53,955 nucleotides of DNA, filler included, from an uncultured Acidimicrobiales bacterium (GCA_943788915.1; 3 parts of 3 records of this genome joined end to end with filler, not necessarily neighbours in it); one strand, 5' to 3'; positions 8,948-19,044 are shown, counted from the first letter of the whole stretch. The notes: generated by a model from the letters alone, not told the origin. Translations and numbers: made by a program.

Positions 8948-10603
8948 CTACTGCCGTTCAGCCACCTGGCCACGGTCGACATGCCAGTGACGATTGGTGG
9001 TCACGGCTTCGAGGAGACGTCGATCATGGGTCACGAGCAACACGGTGTGGGGAAAGGCTTGGAGCGCTGCTTCGAGTTGTTCTATCGCCGGGAGATCGAG
9101 GTGGTTGGTGGGTTCATCAAGCACAAGCACGTTCGAGCCACGAGCAGCGAACAGCCCCAACGCGGCGCGTGTCTGTTCGCCAGGTGAAAGGTCAGCAACC
9201 GGCCGGTCGATTCGCTGGGTATCCAGTCCGAGCTTTGCCAGCTGACTTCGGACAACCTGATCGTCACACCCAACCGCATCAGTGAATCCTCGCAGCAGCG
9301 ATGGAGCGTCAGCGAACAGTTTGCGTTGCTGGCGAAGGGTGGACACCTGCGCTGACCGGCCCACATGGTGCGATCCGGAATCAAGTTTGACCTCGCCGAA
9401 CAGAGCCCGGAGCAGGGTCGTCTTGCCCGAACCGTTCTCGCCGGTGATCATGATGCGATCGCCTGCAGTCACCGCAACGTCTACCGGCCCGAGTGTGAAG
9501 TCGCCAAGCTTGACCGTTGCGCCAGTGAGCGTTGCCACTTCGGTTCCTGAACGCTCTGCGGTGGCGAAGTCGAGCTGGAGCTCCCACGGTTCCCACGGCG
9601 CTTCGACTCGCTCGTTACGTTCAAGCCGTTCGAGCGCACGTTCGGTCTGCTTCGCCTTGCCGGCAATCTTCTCGCTGGTGGCGATCCGGTGGGCCCGGAT
9701 GTTCTTGTCGGGCTCAGACTTGTCTGTCTTGGCTTTGCGCACCCCTACCGTCGACCACTGTTGCTGGGTCTGGGCCCGCTCCTGCAGCTGCGATCGTTTG
9801 GCGTTAAATTCGTCGTAGGCGTCGTAGTGCTGCTGTCGGGCCACGTCGCGGGCGTGTTGCCATGCTTCGAAACCGCCGTTGAAGCGTTTGCCAGTGTGTG
9901 CGTGGTCCTCGAGTTCGTAGACCGACGTGATTACCCGCTCCAAGAATGTTCGATCGTGGCTCACCACCGCGATGGCCCGCTCCTGACCGAGCAGCATGGA
10001 CTCCAGTAGGTCGAGACCCGCCTGGTCGAGATCATTGGTTGGTTCGTCGAGTAAGAGCACGTCGAAGCTTGCGAGCAACATGGCCGCCAGGTTGACCTTG
10101 GTGCGCTGGCCTCCTGAGAGGTCGGCGACTTTATCGGTGAGTTCGACGCCCTGAAGCCCGACCTCGCCCATGGCCTGCCCAGTGCGAGCGGCGAACGATG
10201 AAGCGTCGGTAGCGAGATATCGAGATAGTGCCGTGTCGTAGCGCTCGTCCGAGCCTGCCGCGCCCTCGGCAACGTCGACCAGCGAGGCTTCGAACTCTGC
10301 CAGCACGGCACCGACACCCGTCGAACGACTGACGAACGCTCCGACAGTTTCATCGGGCTGATCGTCGAGTTGCTGGCGCATGAGCCCGACGGTGGCTGCG
10401 CTGGGATTCGCGGAGACGGCGCCAAGTTCCGGGTCAAGCTCAGCGGCGAGGAGCCGTAGCAGTGTCGACTTGCCGGTGCCGTTCGGACCAACAATGCCCA
10501 CACGGTCACCCGGGGCGAGGGTCAGCGAAATGTCGCGCAGTATCGAACGTGGGCCGTAGGAGAATGCCAGGCCAGTAGCGATGAGTTGGGCGTGTGCATG
10601 CAT
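8948..10603 (-). CDS. ABC-F family ATP-binding (ribosome-associated) protein
   Basis: Two NBDs (GPNGTGKS/LSGGQ/LLDEPTNDLD and GENGSGKT/LSPGE/LDEPTNHLD), no TM helices, long inter-NBD linker. Confidence 0.92.
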   Translation of the reverse strand: MHAHAQLIATGLAFSYGPRSILRDISLTLAPGDRVGIVGPNGTGKSTLLRLLAAELDPELGAVSANPSAATVGLMRQQLDDQPDETVGAFVSRSTGVGAVLAEFEASLVDVAEGAAGSDERYDTALSRYLATDASSFAARTGQAMGEVGLQGVELTDKVADLSGGQRTKVNLAAMLLASFDVLLLDEPTNDLDQAGLDLLESMLLGQERAIAVVSHDRTFLERVITSVYELEDHAHTGKRFNGGFEAWQHARDVARQQHYDAYDEFNAKRSQLQERAQTQQQWSTVGVRKAKTDKSEPDKNIRAHRIATSEKIAGKAKQTERALERLERNERVEAPWEPWELQLDFATAERSGTEVATLTGATVKLGDFTLGPVDVAVTAGDRIMITGENGSGKTTLLRALFGEVKLDSGSHHVGRSAQVSTLRQQRKLFADAPSLLRGFTDAVGCDDQVVRSQLAKLGLDTQRIDRPVADLSPGEQTRAALGLFAARGSNVLVLDEPTNHLDLPAIEQLEAALQAFPHTVLLVTHDRRLLEAVTTNRHWHVDRGQVAERQ

Positions 10604-10690
10604 GTGAAGGAGACCTTTCGGGCGAGCCACGATTGCGGCGGCGCCATCGACGACGAGGACAGGTCTCAGTTCTTCACGAGCGTCACCCTA
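10604..10690 (-). promoter_or_regulatory. Putative translational attenuator of the ABC-F gene: -10 box, leaderless uORF GTG-AAG-AAC-TGA (10666-10677) and a stem over the SD region
   Basis: TAGGGT (10685-10690) lies 7 nt before GTG. GTGAAG-(AACT)-GAGACCT is complementary to AGGTCTC-CTTCAC, which directly precedes the ABC-F ATG. Confidence 0.65.
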
Positions 10691-10738
10691 ACTCGCTCGC
10701 GTACCTGCCGCCACCGATGTACGGGCACCCAGGACCAA

Positions 10739-10828
10739 GAGGGACCGTCGACACAGCAACACCGCGAACCTTGAGGGACCGCCAACACAGAAACACCGCG
10801 AACCCAGAGGGACCGTCGACGCAGAAAC
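10739..10828. repeat. Imperfect 34-bp tandem repeat, about 2.6 copies
   Basis: Units GAGGGACCGTCGACACAGCAACACCGCGAACCTT, GAGGGACCGCCAACACAGAAACACCGCGAACCCA and GAGGGACCGTCGACGCAGAAAC start at 10739, 10773 and 10807. Confidence 0.85.
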
Positions 10829-10835
10829 TCTCAAG

Positions 10836-10873
10836 CAGGGTTTCGGCGAGGGACGAGCCGAAAGCCGGACTAC
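10836..10873 (-). repeat. GTAG-type REP-like palindromic element (copy 1)
   Basis: The minus strand reads GTAGTCCGGCTTTCGGCTCGTCCCTCGCCGAAACCCTG, 34/38 identical to 21037-21074. Hairpin TTTCGGC-N9-GCCGAAA. Confidence 0.75.
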
Positions 10874-10879
10874 CCGAGA

Positions 10880-12106
10880 CTACCCCGAGATGCGAACCTC
10901 GCTGAACGGGACGCCCTTGTCGACCTCGGGCTCCTTCGGTAGTCCCAAGATGCGTTCGCCGATGATGTTGCGCTGGATCTGATCGGTGCCCCCGCCAATC
11001 GAGGTGAAGAAGGCATTCAACATCGCATAGGTCGCATCGGCTCCGTCGGGGTGGTCCTCGCCCCCGAGCATCGCTTCGCTACCAAGGATCTCGGCCTGCA
11101 GGCTCCCACCGAAGTGCAACATGCGTGACATCGCCAGCTTGCCGAGTGAGACCACCGGCGATGATGTGCCTTTCGACAGGGCTGCCTTGCCCCGCTGGTT
11201 ATTCCATGCGTTAACTGTTCGCCATGAATGCAGCCGCATGAGATCTTGGCGAATGCCAGAGTCTCCGACCACGCCTCGTTCAGTGGCAAGTTCAATCAGT
11301 GACAAATCGGGCACCGGAGCCGACTTCTCGCTCGTGAGATCGCGCACCACTTCGGCCGACTGCTTCTTGCGCTTTTGGGTAACGCCCATCACCGAACGTT
11401 CATAGGCCAACGCAGATGTCAGCACATGCCATCCGCCATTGAGGTCGCCCAACATGTTGGCATCGGCAACCCGAGCATCGGTCAGGAAGACCTCGTTGAA
11501 ACGCGAGTCGCCGGTGGCTTGCCGCAGTGGTCGCACCTCGACGCCGGGCTGTTTCATGGGTATGAGGAAGAATGTCATGCCGCGGTGCTTCGGCTGTGAC
11601 GAGTCTGTGCGGCTAATCAGAAAGCCGTAGTCGGCTTGACGACCGCTCGAGGTCCACACCTTCTGGCCGTTGACAATCCACTCATCGCCGTCACGTTCGG
11701 CACGGGTCTGCACCGATGCCAAGTCGCTTCCTGCACCCGGCTCGCTGTAAAGCAAACACATATCGACCTCGCCCAGCAGCAGATCTCGCAGCATCTCTTG
11801 CTTGAGTTCTGGACGCGCCCATGTGGTGATGGTCGCGGCCCACAGGTTGGTGACGTCTTGTCCCCAGCCGGTCAGGTCAGTTGGTCGGAAGACCTGGTCG
11901 GTTGCTCGGGCAACCTTGGGGGCCAGGCCGCGTCCGTATTCCTCGACTGGCCAGCTCGGTGCCGACCAGCCTGAGTCAACGAGTTCTCTAAGCCAGGCCT
12001 TGCGGTCGGTGTCGGGGGTGACCGGGTGGGCTTCGAGCCAGGACTGAGCTTCAGCAATCGCAGCGGCGGCAGCCTGGTCGAAGGAATCGTCTGGTGCACT
12101 TGCCAT
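10880..12106 (-). CDS. Acyl-CoA dehydrogenase family protein
   Basis: LYSEPGAGSDLAS..TRA..DGDEWIVNGQKVWTS, FNEVFL.D and SIGGGT..IQRNIIGERILGLP motifs. Confidence 0.93.
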   Translation of the reverse strand: MASAPDDSFDQAAAAAIAEAQSWLEAHPVTPDTDRKAWLRELVDSGWSAPSWPVEEYGRGLAPKVARATDQVFRPTDLTGWGQDVTNLWAATITTWARPELKQEMLRDLLLGEVDMCLLYSEPGAGSDLASVQTRAERDGDEWIVNGQKVWTSSGRQADYGFLISRTDSSQPKHRGMTFFLIPMKQPGVEVRPLRQATGDSRFNEVFLTDARVADANMLGDLNGGWHVLTSALAYERSVMGVTQKRKKQSAEVVRDLTSEKSAPVPDLSLIELATERGVVGDSGIRQDLMRLHSWRTVNAWNNQRGKAALSKGTSSPVVSLGKLAMSRMLHFGGSLQAEILGSEAMLGGEDHPDGADATYAMLNAFFTSIGGGTDQIQRNIIGERILGLPKEPEVDKGVPFSEVRISG

Positions 12107-12177
12107 GACGCCATACTCTCAGCACCTACCTACATCGGCAAAAACTGGCCACCCACAAGCCAGAGACAAGACAAGCG

Positions 12178-12221
12178 GTCACCGAGGGTCTGACCCCACG
12201 TCACCGAGGGTCTGACCCCGC
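12178..12221. repeat. Two tandem 22-bp units with a GGGTCTGACCC palindromic core
   Basis: GTCACCGAGGGTCTGACCCCAC followed by GTCACCGAGGGTCTGACCCCGC. Confidence 0.85.
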
Positions 12222-12539
12222 GTGACCAGGTAGGAGAGCACCCCGTCTACACAGAAACGGATAATGCAATCTGAACTATCAGTGTTAGGCGAACGAAGGT
12301 ATGTCAACACTGGTGGCTACAACGAAGGAGCCGGCGGCGTATTTGGGCAGTTCACGTCGGGTAAACCTTGACAGGTCCTCCGGGTCGGTCTCTGAGCCCA
12401 CAATCGCTGTATCCGCACCCCCAAGCGAACAACGATCTGCGTCGAATGACCCGAGCGTTCGCCACCGATGAACGGCCGATTGGGTACCTGCCGGAATCGC
12501 TGGTCTACCGTTGTGTCCACCAACGTCCTTTGGGGAGTC

Positions 12540-13700
12540 ATGGCCTACACAAACAGTCGCACCTATCTCGATGCAGACAGCCACATCATGGAGCTACCCG
12601 ACTTCCTGACCAGTAATACTCCGGCGAGCCAGCTGGCGCTCGTGCCGAGAGTGCCGGTCGAAGGCGGCGCCCGATCGGCCGATGGTTTCCAGCTTGCGTT
12701 AGAAACACGTGCCCAACCAGCCGACAAGGTCGATGAGATGGTGGCGCTGGGCGATCAGTTGATCTCCGGCCCCAAGGGTTACTTTGCTCTCGGCGCCTTT
12801 AACAAGAGCGAACGAACGCAAGCCCTGAACCAGCTCGGCTTTCATCGCCAACTGGTCTTCAGCACATTTGCTGCACCTCTGTGTTTCAACGCCGCATCCA
12901 ACGAAGCCAGGTATGCATCGGCCGCAGCACACAACCGTGGCATCGCCGAGTTCTGCGCCGATGATGACCGACTCATGGGTGTGGGCGCACTGCCCCTCGA
13001 CGACCCGGCCCAAGCCATCGTTGAACTTGAACACATGATCGAACTTGGCTTGGCCACCGCGTGGGTCCCGCATCGACCGTGCGGCGGCCGGTCCCCTGGC
13101 CACAACGATCTTGATCCAATCTGGGCCCGTCTCGCCGAAGCTGGCATTCCGTTCGTGCTCCATGTTGGTGGACAGCCGCTGCAGATTCATCCAGACTGGA
13201 TGAACACCGGTCGTGAGGTGCCGACCGATTGGCTCGGCGGAGGGGAAAACGTACGATCGAAAGACATGACCTCGCTGCATCACGACGCCGAGACATTCCT
13301 TGGCACCATGTTGCTCGATGGCGTGTTCGAGCGTCATCCAAACCTTCGTGGCGCTGCGGTCGAGCTTGGTGCCGGATGGGTGCCCAGCTTCCTTCGCCGA
13401 CTCGATTGGAGTGCCGACATCTGGCGCAAGTCCGAACCCGAGCTACAGAACCTGATCCGGAAACCTAGCGAGCAGCTGACCACGCAGATGGCGTTCACGC
13501 CGTTTGTGTATGAAGACGTCGGCAGCCTGGTCAACGAGTCAAACGACGAGCTCTATCTGTTCTCTAGCGACTACCCGCACCACGAAGGCGGCCGAAACCC
13601 GCTGGGGCGTTTCGAAGCTTCACTCGACGGCCACACCGCCGCCACACTCAACCGTTTCTACGCCGACAACTTCAGCCGAGTATTTGGGAGCCAGCAATGA
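12540..13700 (+). CDS. Amidohydrolase_2 family protein (paralog of 4370-5518)
   Basis: YLDADSHIME, LDPIWA.L.E.GIP..LH, GVFERHP.L...VELG and FSSDYPHHEGGRNPL motifs. RBS GGGGAG. Confidence 0.88.
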   Translation: MAYTNSRTYLDADSHIMELPDFLTSNTPASQLALVPRVPVEGGARSADGFQLALETRAQPADKVDEMVALGDQLISGPKGYFALGAFNKSERTQALNQLGFHRQLVFSTFAAPLCFNAASNEARYASAAAHNRGIAEFCADDDRLMGVGALPLDDPAQAIVELEHMIELGLATAWVPHRPCGGRSPGHNDLDPIWARLAEAGIPFVLHVGGQPLQIHPDWMNTGREVPTDWLGGGENVRSKDMTSLHHDAETFLGTMLLDGVFERHPNLRGAAVELGAGWVPSFLRRLDWSADIWRKSEPELQNLIRKPSEQLTTQMAFTPFVYEDVGSLVNESNDELYLFSSDYPHHEGGRNPLGRFEASLDGHTAATLNRFYADNFSRVFGSQQ

Positions 13701-14563
13701 CAGCAACAAGTACGGGTGTCGTGTTGGACACACGCCCAATGACCGGTAGCTTCGGCGCCGACATCCACGGCCTCGATCTGAGCCAGGCGCTCGACGGCGC
13801 CACCACCGCTGCTATCGAAGCAGCCTTCGCCGATCACTCGGTGCTTGCGTTCCGGGACCAGCAACTGACGGTCGATCAGCTCGAGGCCTTCGCCCTGCAA
13901 TTTGGCAGTTTCGGCGACACGCCGTTCATCACTCCTCTCGACGACCACCCAAACGTGCTCGCTGTCGTCCGAGAAGCCGACGAAGCGGGCGCTTTGTTCG
14001 GCGGTTCATGGCACAGCGACTGGAGCTTCCAACACGCTCCTCCGTCGGCAACCATCTTGTACGGCCACGAGGTTCCACCCGCGGGCGGTGACACCGTGTT
14101 CACCAACCAATACCTGGCCTATGAGACGCTCTCGGATGGTATGAAACGCATGCTCGAAGGTCTCAACGCCATCCACTCCGCACAACGTTCCTACGGGCCG
14201 CAGGGAGTCTTTGGTCGGCCCGACCCGAAGGCAGCGATGCATATTCAGGGCGGCGAAGAGGCACTGGCCAGGCAAACGCACCCGATCGTGCGCACCCATC
14301 CGGTGACGGGTCGCAAGTTGTTGTTTATCAATGACGTCTACACCATCGGTATCGAAGACATGAATGGCCCTGAGAGCAAAGCGCTGCTCGGGTATCTGCT
14401 CGAGCACTCCAAACAGGTCAGCTTTTTGTGCCGAGTCCGGTGGCAGCCAGGCACGCTCACCATGTGGGACAACCGTTGCGTGCAACATCATGCCATCAAT
14501 GACTATCCCGGTCAGCGTCGGGAGATGTACCGCGTCACGCTTGCAGGCGAAGTACCGGTCTGA
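13697..14563 (+). CDS. TauD/TfdA family Fe(II)/2-oxoglutarate dioxygenase
   Basis: FGADI.GLDL, WHSD, GGDT.F, HP.VR.HPVTGRK.LF and WDNRC.QH.A motifs. ATGA overlap with the amidohydrolase. Confidence 0.93.
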   Translation: MTATSTGVVLDTRPMTGSFGADIHGLDLSQALDGATTAAIEAAFADHSVLAFRDQQLTVDQLEAFALQFGSFGDTPFITPLDDHPNVLAVVREADEAGALFGGSWHSDWSFQHAPPSATILYGHEVPPAGGDTVFTNQYLAYETLSDGMKRMLEGLNAIHSAQRSYGPQGVFGRPDPKAAMHIQGGEEALARQTHPIVRTHPVTGRKLLFINDVYTIGIEDMNGPESKALLGYLLEHSKQVSFLCRVRWQPGTLTMWDNRCVQHHAINDYPGQRREMYRVTLAGEVPV

Positions 14564-14690
14564 CCAATGGTCAGCCACGAAATCGATACGGCCGAGGCGA
14601 TTGGGCTCGAACGTATCGTGCTCAGTCCCAGTGAACGATCCCGTCGGTTCTTCGCCCCTGCATCGGACCTTCTGCGAAGCCCCGCCTCTC

Positions 14691-14739
14691 CCTAAACATG
14701 ACGGTGCCTGGCACCGTCATGTTTAGGCACCGTCATGTT
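14691..14739. repeat. Perfect 37-bp palindrome (18-bp arms, GGTGCC-T-GGCACC core) plus a partial direct duplication; possible bidirectional terminator
   Basis: CCTAAACATGACGGTGCC T GGCACCGTCATGTTTAGG at 14691-14727, and GGCACCGTCATGTT repeated at 14726-14739. Lies between convergent genes. Confidence 0.85.
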
Positions 14740-14874
14740 CCGCATACAGAGCTGGCTGGGAATGAGGTTCCTGCTTCGATCGTTGCTTCAGGCACCCGCG
14801 AACGAGGCGGCGATGTGCATCGTTTGCGGTTGACCACGACCAACGCTGAAGGTGTCGCCCTCACCCGGTCGGTG

Positions 14875-15354
14875 TCAGGCTTCTGAACGCACCGGCAAAA
14901 CAACATGGCGACGGCGGCGTTCGAACAGTAACGACGACCGTTCGTCGAAGACCTCGGGAAAACTACTGATTTCGTTCAACACGATTGTCTGCAGCGCTGT
15001 GGCATCGGGAACTGCCAGATGGATGACGACGTCCTCGATGCCTGAAATCAGGTCGATCCCCATCGTCTCGGACAACGACCAAACATGGTCGATAAATCGA
15101 TTCACGATCTCATCGCTTTTGGGCTGCAACCGCACAAACACCAGCGCTTGCAGACCACGGCCTAAGGCCGCTAGATCCACCTCAGCGTGATACCCCCTGA
15201 TGACGCCGCTCTGTTCAAGTTCGCGGACACGATTGAGTGTCGTGGACGGCGCTAAACCCACCGTGGCGGCCACAGCTCGATTCGTCTGGCGAGCATCGCG
15301 TTGCAGTTCTTCGAGAACATGGGCGTCGACGGCATCGAGCTGAGGTGGCGTCAT
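14875..15354 (-). CDS. Lrp/AsnC family transcriptional regulator
   Basis: LDAVDA.VL.ELQRDAR.TN..VA..VGLAPST.L.RVR.LE..GVI.GYHA helix-turn-helix. Divergent from the IOR gene. Confidence 0.92.
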   Translation of the reverse strand: MTPPQLDAVDAHVLEELQRDARQTNRAVAATVGLAPSTTLNRVRELEQSGVIRGYHAEVDLAALGRGLQALVFVRLQPKSDEIVNRFIDHVWSLSETMGIDLISGIEDVVIHLAVPDATALQTIVLNEISSFPEVFDERSSLLFERRRRHVVLPVRSEA

Positions 15355-15503
15355 TCGTTCACGTTCCTTCCGACTCAACTGCCATTTACCGAACAAATCT
15401 ATCCTAAAGGACCATATGACCGAACGTTGTATGACTGCTGTGCACAACAGATGAACATAGGTAAAGATTGGGTCCTGATTCGCCGCGAATTGAAGGATCT
15501 GCC

Positions 15504-18500
15504 ATGACAGCCACCTCGCATTACCAGCTCAATGACCGATACCAGGTCGACGAAGGCACGGTCTTCCTGACCGGCATTCAGGCTCTCGCCCGGCTGCCTT
15601 TGGAACAGTTGCGAGCTGATCGGCGGGCCGGTCTCGATACCGCGGCCTTCGTGTCGGGCTACCAGGGTTCGCCACTTGGTGGGTTACGGGCAAGCGGTCG
15701 AAGCTGCCGCCCGCATCGCAACCGACCTGCCGATCGTCTTCCGCCAGGGCATGAATGAGGAATACGGTGCCACCGCGGTCATGGGATCGCAGCTTGCGTC
15801 GGCCCAGCCCGATGCCCGCCACGATGGCGTCGTCGGCATTTGGTACGGCAAAGCGCCGGGTGTCGACCGAGCCGCTGATGCCCTACGACATGCCGTCTAT
15901 GCCGGCACGTCGATGCACGGCGGGGCCATAGCGCTGGTAGGCGACGATCCGAATGCCAAGTCGTCCACGGTGCCATCGTCCTCGGCTGGTTTGTTGTACG
16001 ACATGCACATGCCGTTGTTGTATCCCGGTGATCCTGCCGAAGCGCTCGATCTCGGCCGGCATGCCATCGCCATGTCACGGGCCACCGGCCTTTGGTCAGC
16101 AGTGAAGATCGTGGCCGACGTGGCCGACGCCTCGGCAAGCGTGGATCTCTCACCGGATCGGGTGCGGCCAATTATCCCATTGATCGATGGCCAGCCGTAT
16201 CAGCACACGCCCTATGGCCAACTACTAACACCAATGACGGTCGAGATCGAACGCGAGATCGTCGAAGTCCGTTACGAACTCGCCCGCCGCTACGCGACCG
16301 ACAACCACCTCAACGTCGTGACCGTGGACCCGAGCGATGCATGGATTGGCATCGTCTCATCGGGCATCACCTACCGCGAGAGTCCGAGAATCACTCGCTC
16401 GGCTCGGGCTGCGCAACAACCACGACGTCGAGGCTGCCGGTATTCGACTGCTCAAGATGGGCATGCCGATGCCCTTCAACCCTCAGACCGTCCGCAACTT
16501 CTCCCGAGGGCTGACCGAGCTGGTCGTGGTCGAAGAGAAGTCACCAAACATCGAATCGCTGATCAAGGACGCACTGTACGCCGTGGCTGACCGCCCGGTG
16601 ATCGTGGGCAAGACCGACGAAACCGGCGCCCGCATGCTTCCACTTTGGGGCGGTCTCGACGCAGACAACATCATGCCGGTACTGCGAGCACGGCTGGCAC
16701 CACGCCTCGAAGAACGCCTTGCGCCTCTTCCCCGTGAACGGACCATGATCCCGCTCGCGGTCGAACGGTCGCCGTTCTTCTGTTCCGGCTGCCCCCACAA
16801 CCGCAGCACCGAGGTGCCCGACGGCGCAGTCGTTGGCGCCGGCATTGGCTGCCACACCATGACCTTGCTCATGGACCCAGACCGAGTTGGCGACATCGCC
16901 GGCCTGACCTGCATGGGTAACGAGGGCACCCAGTGGATCGGCATGAGCGACTTCGTAGAGACCGACCACATCTTCCAGAACCTGGGTGATGGCACCTTCT
17001 TCCACTCGGGGCAGTTAGCCATCCAAGCCGCCATCGCGTCCGGCGTGAACATCACCTACAAACTGCTGTGGAACGACACGGTTGCTATGACCGGTGGCCA
17101 GGATCCCGAAGGGCAACTCCCGTTGCAATCAGTCATCGACATGTTGCTCGCACAAGGCGTGGCCCGAGTGCTCGTCACCACCGATGATGTCGGCCGCGAC
17201 CGGGGCGATCTCGCAAAAGGTGTCGACGTTTGGGACCGCACTCGACTCATCGAAGCCCAGGAGTTGCTCGCGACCACGCCCGGCGTGACCGTACTGATCC
17301 ATGATCAAGCGTGTGCAGCCGAAGCTCGCAGGGACCGCAAGCGCGGCTTAATCGAGACGCCACCCGAGCGAGTCTTCATCAACCATCGGATCTGCGAAGG
17401 TTGCGGCGACTGCGGCCAGATCAGCAACTGTCTATCGGTGCAGCCGATAGAGACACCGTTCGGCCGCAAGACACACATCGATCAGACCACCTGCAACCTT
17501 GACTACAGCTGCATCGAAGGTGACTGCCCGTCTTTCATGACCGTGACCACCGACGAACCAGGCTGGTTGCAACGTTTCCTCGCCCGTCGATCAAAGCCGA
17601 GTGCGGCAGCAAATAACCTGTCGGCAACGGCCGCCGCTCCCCCGACACACTTCCCCACCCCGCAACCACTGGTGCCGGTCAACAGCTTCTCGTTACGTAT
17701 CACCGGCATCGGCGGGACCGGCGTGGTCACCGTGGCCCAGGTCCTGGGTACCGCAGCCATGCTTGCTGGCTACGAGGTACGAGGCCTCGACCAGATCGGA
17801 CTGTCGCAGAAGGCCGGTCCCGTGGTCAGCGATCTACGTTTGTCGCTCGATACGCCGTCCTATACAAACCGACTCGGCGACCGCCAGGCTGATCTGCTGC
17901 TGGCGTTTGACCAGCTCGTCGCAGCCAGCGAGAAGGGATTATCGGCATGTGACTCCGATCGCACGGTGGTGATTGGTTCCACATCGGGCACACCAACCGG
18001 AGCGATGATCACCCATCCCGATATCGCCATGCCCACACCGGCAACACTCGCTGCAACGATTCGCAACCACACCACCGAGCACCACTTCTGGGCCGATGCT
18101 CAGTCAACGACCGAGGACCTACTTGGTTCGGCGATGGCCGCGAATATCTTCGTGATCGGCATGGCGGTGCAGTCAGGCGGTTTGCCGATTGGCGCTGACT
18201 TCATCGAACAGGCCATCGAACTCAACGGTGTGGCCGTGGCTGCGAATACTGCGGCCTTCCGGTTTGGCCGGTTGCAGGTCAGTGACCCATCACAGGTCAA
18301 CAACGCCCGAGTCGCAACCGAGGGCCTTCCCCTCACAATCCCGCCCACCACATTTGCCACCGAACTCGATTCGCTGGGTGCACAAGCTGAGCGGCGGGAC
18401 CATCTCGCCATGCTCGCCACTGAGTTGGAAGCCTGGGGCGATCGCACCGATGCAACGCGTTGGTTCCAGGTTCTCGACCGTGTGCGTCGCTCCGAATGGG

Positions 18501-19003
18501 CGATCGACACAACGAGTGATCGGCTCGTCGATGCCGTTGCCGATGGGCTGTTCAAGCTGATCGCCTACAAGGACGAGTACGAGGTTGCCCGGCTCATGGT
18601 TGAACCCGAAGGCCTGGCCGAGGCACAAGAACTCGTGGCCGAAGGTGGGACGATGAGCTATCGCCTGCACCCGCCAATGTTGCGGGCACTCGGCTTGGAC
18701 AAGAAGATCTCCATCCCAGCTACCGCAGCGCCTGCACTAGGAGCACTGGCCAAAGGCAAACGGCTACGGGGCACCTTCCTCGATCCATTCCGGTGGGCCG
18801 AGGTCCGCAAGGTCGAACGCAAACTGGCCAACGAGTACATCGCCACCATCGATCGGGCGCTGGCCAAACTTTCTGCACAGAACTTCGACCGCGTCGTCGA
18901 GCTCGCCGAAACACCAGATCTCGTTCGCGGCTACGAAGACATCAAGCTGGACAATGTCGAGCACTACCGCACCCGCGTCGCCGAACTATTGGCTGCACTC
19001 TGA
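15504..19003 (+). CDS. Indolepyruvate ferredoxin oxidoreductase family protein (fused alpha/beta), with two +1 frameshifts at about 15684 and 16381 (probably artefacts)
   Basis: Three ORF pieces join into one protein: FLTGIQAL.RL, FVSGYQGSPLGG|Y, WYGKAPGVDR, FCSGCPHN, GIGCH, GDGTFFHSG, CEGCGDC..SNC, GIGGTGVVT, GLSQKAGPV, AYKDEYEVAR. Confidence 0.9.
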
Positions 19004-19044
19004 CCACGAAGGGACGGGTACCAGGCACGCGTCCCTTCGTTGGT
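19003..19044. terminator. Hairpin between convergent genes (probable bidirectional terminator) with a degenerate GTGCC-W-GGCAC core
   Basis: ACGAAGGGACG (19006-19016) pairs with CGTCCCTTCGT (19030-19040) around GGTACCAGGCACG. Confidence 0.75.

Noticed and set aside
15670..16390. Programmed frameshifting in the IOR gene (also iolB and the protease)
   Set aside because: No slippery heptamers or stimulatory structures are evident, and the indels match consensus or homopolymer error patterns
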